The position numbers and the translations under genes were made by a program. Shown piece after piece: positions 1 to 7,338 of a DNA stretch of 10,749 nucleotides. The notes under the pieces are model-generated. The model did no database searches. It was not told the DNA's origin and worked only from the letters and a program-made list of their open reading frames with translations. Each line of letters opens with the position of its first letter. Position 1 is the first letter of the stretch. This DNA comes from Octopus sinensis (taxonomy: Eukaryota), in NCBI RefSeq assembly GCF_006345805.1, contig NW_021827421.1, positions 1-10,749 of the forward strand, read 5' to 3'.

Positions 1-151
1 TACACACACACACACACAGAGAACGATTCGCTTCCCTCTCTCGCTTTCTCTCTCTTTCGCTCTCCCCCGCTCTCTGTCTGTCTCTTTCTACCCCATCTCT
101 CTCCGCCTTTTAATATTATTTTTGCCCGGCAACACACTATCTTAAGGCACA

Positions 152-1080
152 TACAAACCCACACGTACATGACTAAACACACACACCACACACACACACA
201 CACACACACGTACATTCACACACACACACACATACCAAACCCCACACGTACATGACTAAACACACACACACACCACCACACACACACACACACACACACA
301 ACAACACATACAAACCCACACGTACATGACTAAACACACACACCACACACAAACACACATACACACACACCACAACACACACACACACACACCTACAACC
401 CACCTACATGACTAACACACACCACACACACACACCATACAACCCACACGTACATGACTAAACACATACACACCACACACATACAACCCACACGTACATG
501 ACTAAACACACACACACACACACACACACACAAACCCCACGTACATGACTAAACACACACACCACACACACATACAAACCCACACGTACATGACTAAACA
601 CACACCACACACACACCACACTCACTCACACACTTACATGACCAACACACACACACAACACACACCAACACTCACTCACACACACACACACACACTCTCA
701 CCACACCAAACACACTCACTCACACACCACACACATACAACCCCACGTACATGACTAAACACACCACACACACACACACACCACAACACACACACACACA
801 CACCCTCACTCACACACCACACATACAGACCCACACGTACATGACTAAACACACACACACACCACACACTCACGCACACAAACACACCCCACACACTTGC
901 TAAACACCACACACATACAAACCCACACCCACATGACTAAACACCACACTCACTCGCACGCACACACACACACACACATACAAACCCACACGTACATGAC
1001 TAAACACACACACACACACACACACACTACATGACTAAACACACACACACACACACATACAAACCCACACGTACATGACT

Positions 1081-1083
<3 letters not shown>
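152..1083. repeat. Compound minisatellite: conserved 26-bp core TACAAACCCACACGTACATGACTAAA separated by variable (CA)n-rich spacers
   Basis: Core seen about 15 times (e.g. 152-177, 309-334, 437-462, 482-506, 571-598, 735-759, 823-849, 979-1004, 1057-1083; degenerate or partial near 394-416, 631-645, 915-941, 1027-1039). Pure CA tract continues to about 1180. Confidence 0.95.
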
Positions 1084-1124
<41 letters not shown>

Positions 1125-1135
1125 ACGCACGCACG

Positions 1136-1167
<32 letters not shown>

Positions 1168-1199
1168 ACACACACACATGCATAAAAAGATCTAATTGC

Positions 1200-1447
1200 C
1201 CATCTCTCTCTCTTCCTGGCTTTCGTTTTCTACTCATCCGGACAAACTTTTTCCCCCTCTCTCCGTCCCGCCCTGTTTATCTGTCTGTCTGTCTGCTTGC
1301 CTCTCTATCTCCATCTCCATCTCTGTCTGTTTGTCTTTCTCGCGTGCACACACATGCACACACATGCACACACATGCAAACACATGCAAACAATGCAAAC
1401 TTCATCACTATTGCATTATCCATTTACGATGGGATCCGTTTAAGAGA

Positions 1448-1494
<47 letters not shown>

Positions 1495-1660
1495 TGAATT
1501 GTGTATTTCAGTGAGTATATGAGTATCTCCTTATATATATATGAGTGTACTTATAAGTATGATATATAATGTATGTATATATAATATATATATAGTATAT
1601 ATATATTCTATATATATAATATATTATATATATATATATATATATGTATATATCATATAA
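1200..1660. repeat. Microsatellite block: CT/TCTG-rich, (CACACATG)n, (GT)n at 1451-1492, imperfect (TA)n at 1525-1660
   Basis: Read directly from the sequence. Confidence 0.9.
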
Positions 1661-1797
1661 CATCACAGTTCCGGGTTCAGTCCCACTGCGTGGCACCTTG
1701 GGCGAGTGTCTTCTACTTTAGCCTCGGGCCGACCAAAGCCTTGTGAGTGGATTTCGTGTACGGAAACTGAAAGAAACCCGTCGTATATATGTATATA

Positions 1798-1842
<45 letters not shown>

Positions 1843-1878
1843 GTGTGTGTGTGTGTGTTGTGTTGTGTGTGTGTATGT
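1661..1878 (+). mobile_element. 5'-truncated tRNA-derived SINE with CORE-like segment, running into (TA)n-(GT)n
   Basis: B-box-like GGGTTCAGTCCC at 1673-1684, then CACCTTGGGCGAGTGTC (resembles the CORE-SINE CCTTGGGCAAGT motif), unique body to 1783, then (TA)n/(GT)n. Matches my recollection of an abundant Octopus SINE. No A box present. Confidence 0.75.
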
Positions 1879-1880
1879 TA

Positions 1881-1927
1881 TATTCTTTTAATTCTATTGC
1901 TTGTTTCAGTCGAGCACAGCCTTGAAG
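1881..1927 (-). mobile_element. Short SINE 3'-tail fragment with internal deletion
   Basis: TATTCTTTTAATTCTATTGCTTGTTTCAGTC-GAGCACAGCCTTGAAG is the reverse complement of a recalled Octopus SINE tail (...AAGGCGGTGCTC...GACTGAAACAAGTAAAAGAATA) with about 20 bp missing. Based on recall only. Confidence 0.45.
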
Positions 1928-1981
1928 AATGTGGCTGCATCTGCAAATAGCTTCCTCATTACTAAGCATGTAAACACAGAA

Positions 1982-2019
1982 ACACACACACACACACACA
2001 CACGCACGCACGCACGCAC

Positions 2020-2059
<40 letters not shown>

Positions 2060-2130
2060 GCACACGCACATAGACACACGCACATAAGCAGACACACACA
2101 AACACACACACACATACTCATACATACATG
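1982..2130. repeat. (CA)n-(CACG)n-(TA)n-(CA) compound microsatellite
   Basis: Read directly from the sequence. Confidence 0.9.
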
Positions 2131-2134
2131 ACAT

Positions 2135-2338
2135 GTGAAGACATGTAGCTTAGTCGTTAGAGTATTCGGCGCACATTGTAAGATTATGAGTTCGATTCCC
2201 GACGACGCGTTAAGTCCTTGAGCAAGACACGTTATTTCACATTATTGCACGAGTCCACTCAGATGGCAAAAATGAGTTCTACCTGTAATTACAAAGAAGC
2301 CAGCCTTGTCATATTCTGTGTCACGCTTAATCTCCCTG
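2135..2338 (+). mobile_element. tRNA-derived SINE, 3'-truncated
   Basis: A box TAGCTTAGTCG 2146-2156, B box GAGTTCGATTCC 2188-2199 at tRNA-like spacing, followed by GTCCTTGAGCAAGACAC core-like motif at about 2215-2230. Body stops at TCTCCCTG (2338) before a short TG/TA tract. Confidence 0.8.
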
Positions 2339-2370
2339 CAATATGTGTGTGTATGTATGTGATATCATGA

Positions 2371-2887
2371 TAAATCCTCGAGTATAATCCGCACTTTTTT
2401 CCCAAAATTTAAAGGTCAAAATCCCTAGTACGTATTATACATGAGGTTAAAAATGAAAAATATTTTCTAAGCAATGTCCGAGTCTCTATTTGCTGTCCGG
2501 TAATATTTATTCCGACGCATTTTGTGATGTCAGGCGCGAAAATACCTTAAGCTAAGCTTGAAAGCAATGAAGTCATAAAAGAATCATCCATAACTTTCAG
2601 TAAGCAACATTTATTAAACGTTATTACTGTTATTACTGTTATTTCTTTATTTTCTGCAAACAAAATGCACAAATAAGCTACACGTTTGCATTATGTTATA
2701 TATACAATAATAATAAAGGACGTTACCGTATACATTTTTACAAACCGAGGACATTATATAGACCTCCTTGACTCAAGTTAGAGAAGGGGTGCATATTATA
2801 AACAAGGTTTAGGTTTTTCAGAGGTACAGCCCCCTAAAGTTCCCTGCGTATTATACTCAAGGGCGGACTATACTCGAGGATTTACGG
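2371..2887. mobile_element. Non-autonomous Tc1/mariner-superfamily MITE, Tc2/Kanga-like (CCGTA end, TA target)
   Basis: TAAATCCTCGAGTATAATCCGC (2371-2392) vs GCGGACTATACTCGAGGATTTA (2863-2884): 21/22 inverted match. Right end ...TTTACGG|TA (2887|2888-2889) reads CCGTA inward, as in Tc2-group TIRs. Left terminal CCG and TSD are not intact. No transposase ORF. Confidence 0.85.
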
Positions 2888-2902
2888 TATATATATACCT
2901 AT

Positions 2903-3200
2903 GTGATGAGGGTGCATGACTCATTGGTTGGGATGTTGCACTCGCGTTCTAGCAATCGAGATTTCAATTCCTAGACCGGGTGGTGTGTTGTGTTATTGAG
3001 TAATGGCATTTCATTTCAAGTTGCCGCCCGATTACTTTGTCATCTGACGCGTACTACACCGTACACCTGTTGATTTGATGGAACGAGCGAACTAACGTGT
3101 TGCAGGAACATTTGACGACAATAACAAATCATGTGTGCTGGTCATTCGGCAACAGCTGAAAACGCATACGGCGTCTTCGATGAGAGAGTCCATCATACCT
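2903..3200 (+). mobile_element. Older, diverged tRNA-derived SINE
   Basis: Degenerate A box TGACTCATTGG 2917-2927, degenerate B box ATTTCAATTCC 2961-2971, then GTGTTGTGTTATTGAGTAATGGCATTTCATTTCAAGTTGC, a decayed version of the segment that follows the B box in the 2135 SINE. The 3' boundary is approximate. Confidence 0.6.
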
Positions 3201-3219
3201 ACAATACGTTGATAGAGAA

Positions 3220-3638
3220 GCGGCAAGCTGGCAGAAACGTTTGCACGCTGGGCGAAATGCTTAGCGGTATTTTGACTGCCACTATGTTCTGAGTTCAAAT
3301 TCCGCCGAGGTCGACTATGCTCTTCATCCTTTCGGGCTTGATAAATTAATTACCAGTTACGCACTAGAGTAGATGTAATCGACTTAATCCGTTTGTCTGT
3401 CCTTGTTTGTCCGCTCTGTGTTTAGCCCCTTGTGGGTAGAAAAGAAATAGGTATTTCGTCTACCGCTACGTTCTGAGTTCAAATTCCGTCGAGGTCGACT
3501 TTGCCTTTCATCCTTTCGGGGTCGATAAATTGAGTACCAGTTGCGCACTGGAGCGATCTAATCGACTTAATCCCTTTGTCTGTCCTTGTTTGTCCCCTCT
3601 GTGTTTAGCCTCTTGTAGGCAATAAAGAGATAAGAAAG
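3220..3638 (+). mobile_element. tRNA-derived SINE (OR1/OR2-like Octopus family by recall) with a 184-bp internal tandem duplication
   Basis: A box TGGCAGAAACG 3229-3239; B box GTTCAAATTCC at 3293-3303 and again at 3477-3487; units 3266-3449 and 3450-3633 are about 85% identical by manual alignment; A-rich tail AATAAAGAGATAAGAAAG 3621-3638. Confidence 0.9.
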
Positions 3639-3650
3639 TAAATACCTCTC

Positions 3651-3766
3651 CTTCGAGGGATGAAGAGTAAAATACACCAAGCTAATATTTGATCTCAGAG
3701 CGTAAGGAAGCCAAATGAATATTACCAAATACGACTCTCTAACGTTTCGGCTAATCAACCGCACCT
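3651..3766 (-). mobile_element. Diverged 5' fragment of the same SINE superfamily, tail-to-tail with the 3220 copy
   Basis: Minus strand reads TAGCCGAAACGTTAG (A box, 3753-3739) ... TTACGCTCTGAGATCAAAT (B-box region, to 3687) ... CTCTTCATCCCTCGAAG, colinear with TGGCAGAAACGTTTG...GTTCTGAGTTCAAAT...CTCTTCATCCTTTCGGG at 3229-3335. Confidence 0.65.
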
Positions 3767-3829
3767 ATTGTATAGTTTCTTGTTAACGCCTTATTTTCTT
3801 TCTCACACAATTCTATTTTCACGTATAAG

Positions 3830-4309
3830 ATCTCTCACACGTTTTATCTCTCTCTTTCTTCCTCTCTTTCTCTCACACTCACACACACGCCCATGCACAC
3901 ACACACACTCACACACACACACATACATAGACACCCCGACGTATGCCCTCACGCTTACACACACATACACACATACATACACACACAAATACACACATAC
4001 GCACGGATACAAGCACACACTCTTTGTATATCCTCTAGCGTGTTTCTTTTTTCACACACACGCTTACATATACACAGACACTTGCAAATGCATATACGCT
4101 ACAAGAATACATGCCTGGACACACACACACACACACATACACACAAAGACATACAGAGATACACTTTGTGACTCACATTTAATTTACGCACGCATTATTT
4201 CATACTCTGGCTTTCATTCCCTAATTATACGCGCGCGCAAAAATCTCACAGTCCGTCGATCTGTCTGTGTGTCTCTGTCTATCTGTCTATCTGTCTATCT
4301 CTCTTTGTT

Positions 4310-4372
<63 letters not shown>
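3830..4372. repeat. Degenerate CT/CA-rich low-complexity tract ending in (CTGT)(CTAT)(CT)n(CA)n
   Basis: Read directly; explains ORF-track entries 3768..4508, 3803..4018, 3893..4171 and 4267..4530. Confidence 0.9.
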
Positions 4373-4376
<4 letters not shown>

Positions 4377-4850
4377 TCACTTTCTGATGTCGACACACTC
4401 ATACACGCGCAGAATCTTCTTTTCCTCCTTTCTCTTTTTACCTTCAAACCTTTTCTCTTTATTCGATTCTTTCACATGCAATGTGAGAATAATGTACTCA
4501 ATACATAAATTAGAGTATACACATTGTTAGTTCCTATCCTAACCGTAACTCTAAGTGTCACAGATCCGATTACTCTAACTTGCAGAATGACTGTACAGTC
4601 ACCCCCCTCCGCACACACAAACACACCTTTTCTCAGTAGTACTACAAACCGGAGCTTCAGTGGTAAACCAAACTGACCACTTATAGTACATACCTATATA
4701 GGAAATTGTATACATAATCATGTGATGCACTTGGTGTGTGTGTGTGCGTGTGTGTGTGTGTGTGTGTGCTTGTGTATATATTTGTTTGTGTAGGAAGCTC
4801 TTACATGCAGGTTCAGTTAAAAAAGCTTTCGTTCTATTGCATCAGCCTGC

Positions 4851-4954
<104 letters not shown>

Positions 4955-4993
4955 GTATGCATGTATGTTTGTCTGTCTGTCTGTATGTATGTT

Positions 4994-5026
<33 letters not shown>

Positions 5027-5072
5027 GAGTGTGTGTGTGTGTCACATATGTCATATATATGTCGTATGACCT

Positions 5073-5149
<77 letters not shown>

Positions 5150-5896
5150 CAGGAAAGTTAGAGGTTGGGAATCCAACCAACTAAGGGATAATATCTTTCC
5201 AATATACTGCTGGTAGAATACCCAATTATTAATACACAAGTGTTTTTTATTGCATTGCAATTACATTACCTAGTGTCTAAATGGGTGGAGGTAAAGAGAT
5301 ATTTTACTATCAATATATCAATATATCATAAAGTTATTACAGTTTTATCAAAACTAATCTGTATACACACGAGGAACGTATATATGCATATGCACACATA
5401 CACATACGCACAAATATATATATACATATATATATCTTCCATTTAAACTTACTAATATGTACATACGTATTATATGTTTTGGAATGTAGGATAATTCGCA
5501 GACTAATTCATATTTATATATATAGAAAGAAGCGTGCTAAACTTTCTTCTCCGTTGTTTATTATTATTGCAGTAGTTTAAATCTGTAAAATTACTAACCT
5601 TATAACTTTCAAAAATATCTGTTTATATATTATATTCTATATTCTATATTCTATATACTATATACTATATTATATCTATTGTGAATAACAGAATGCATCT
5701 AATATTAATAATATTAGTAATAACTGATTATTGTATATGCTTACAAATGCAAATATGTATGTATATTTCAGTATATATATAGGTATTTATGTATATCTAT
5801 ATGTATAACTATATATATAAATATTCAAATGTGTGTGTATTTCATTTATTTTATATTTATATTTATATTTTTTTATAACTCAACATTGTCTACTTT

Positions 5897-6025
5897 ATAA
5901 TCTCTGACGAAGCCTAGAGATATACCCAAGTACCTCATTTTCATCTACCTATTACTTCACTCCACTTGAGTAATAAAGGTAGAATGAGGTATTTTTACCT
6001 CTTGGCTGAAACAGCTGTAAGTTAT
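5897..6025 (+). ncRNA. Type I hammerhead ribozyme motif of the Penelope-like (palindromic stem III) class with an extended stem II
   Basis: CTGACGA 5904-5910; stem II closed by AGCCTAGAG (5911-5919)/CTCTTGGCT (5999-6007), 8/9 pairs; GAAA 6008-6011; palindrome ACAGCTGT 6011-6018; GUA cleavage triplet 6017-6019; stem I ATAA(T)CT 5897-5903 pairs with AGTTAT 6020-6025 with one bulge. Confidence 0.8.
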
Positions 6026-6282
6026 TTTCCCAATTTATATTCATGTTTGTTATTTTATAATAATTACTGGTATCCTTATATATAACTATATTTTATATCT
6101 TATATGTAAAGCATAATATGTTATATGTATGTATATTTTTGTAATTATCAGTTTAGTAAATAAATAAATAAGTTAACATAATATAATGTCCGAAAGTTGA
6201 TGAACCGCCTATTGATCCCCTCCATTTTCTTATTGCTATATATATTATATATATTATTCATTATAATAATAGTCAAGTCATG

Positions 6283-6377
6283 TTGCCTACGCGCGTTTCG
6301 GTTTTAATTACTTAAATTCATACTGTGAAATTAAATTGCATTGTGAATTCTAAAAAGCAAATCCTTCGTCAAGTCAA
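6283..6377 (-). ncRNA. Second, degenerate type I hammerhead motif on the opposite strand
   Basis: Minus strand: TTGAC (6377-6373), TTGACGA (6372-6366; C3 replaced by U), AGGATTT...AAAACC imperfect stem II (6365-6300), GAAACGCGCGTA (6299-6288; palindrome ACGCGCGT, GUA triplet), GGCAA (6287-6283) giving 4/5 stem I pairs. Confidence 0.55.
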
Positions 6378-7142
6378 GAGTTTATGAAAGTAAAAATATT
6401 TTTCACGCATCCTCAACGGATACAGAGTTCATTCCAACTGAATTGTAGTCTGTGCGCCTTGGATTCCGTTCTAAAAAAACCCAAAAAACTAGAGTTTGAT
6501 TTTGACCACTAGACATGTGATACGCATAGTTCAGCAGAACTAGGTCGTGTTATTATCCACCCTTTTAGACAGCTTTTTTACAAGCTGGTCATTTATCATT
6601 ATCTCTAAAACACATTTCTCATTAACTATATAGGTTTATATTACCTACCACTTTGTACTATCTATCATATTCACAATATATTTGATAGTTCTTATTTATT
6701 GGTAAACTATAAATCTGGATATGTACTTATTTATTCTTTTACTTATTCATTTTTGTTTATTCTTATTGTAAGAAGTCATATTAGTTGTTATTAATATAAA
6801 TTATTGATTTAGATATATTACTTGATAGTTTAGGGTCGTACGTATACTTGTCTACTTATTTAATGGTATAGGTATATGATTCTTATTTACTATGTAGATA
6901 GTGTTTTATCTAAATTTATTTTGTTACAAAGAAAGTATTTTTAGCTTTAGTAACTTAGGTATTGTATTATTCATTCAGTGTTTATTTAGATTAAATTAAT
7001 TTAAATTCAATAAGTACTAATATAAATCTTTTGACTTTACGAATAGACAAGAAATCCTTTTTCCTCCTATTAATAGTATAATTTATTTAGATATGTTACT
7101 TGATGGTTGGGGTTCCTACATTATTCGCCAATCTAATTAATA
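6283..7142 (-). mobile_element. Highly decayed Penelope-like element remnant (continuation of the 10022-10658 element across the hAT insertion)
   Basis: Very AT-rich, carries the minus-strand hammerhead motif, same strand as the GIY-YIG pseudogene, and joins the right flank through the hAT TSD. No intact ORF; boundaries uncertain. Confidence 0.4.
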
Positions 7143-7282
7143 GTGTAGAGCAGGGGTCTCCAAAGTTTTCCAGCGGAGGGCCACATTGCTGAATTTTTAA
7201 AGCTACGGGGGCCAAGGTTCTAAATTATTTATTTTACCAAAATAATATAAATAAATAGTGAATTAATAATTAAAAAAGGTTA

Positions 7283-7288
7283 TTTATT
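7283..7288 (-). terminator. Candidate polyadenylation signal AATAAA of the transposase transcript
   Basis: TTTATT on + at 7283-7288, about 50 bp downstream of the stop; a second copy at 7228-7233. The region is AT-rich, so chance occurrence is possible. Confidence 0.4.
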
Positions 7289-7338
7289 CAGTACATAATC
7301 ACAATGTATATAATATCAGTAACAATTAACATGTTTTT

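Noticed and set aside
163-1075. Clustered hypoxia-response elements (TACGTG on the - strand in each core)
   Set aside because: A short motif amplified passively in a satellite; no gene or conservation evidence.
152-1083. CRISPR array
   Set aside because: Spacers are low-complexity CA tracts of irregular length, the core is not palindromic, there are no cas genes and the context is eukaryotic.
2135-2205. Functional tRNA gene
   Set aside because: A and B boxes are present but I could not build a full cloverleaf, and the sequence continues into a SINE body.
4627-4668. 26-nt micro-exon (CCTTTTCTCAG ... GTAAAC)
   Set aside because: Weak donor site and no coding or transcript evidence.
6380-6540. 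Second GIY-YIG coding remnant on the - strand (SFLG...HRLQ-like words)
   Set aside because: Similarity limited to a few residues with stops; not distinguishable from chance without a profile search.
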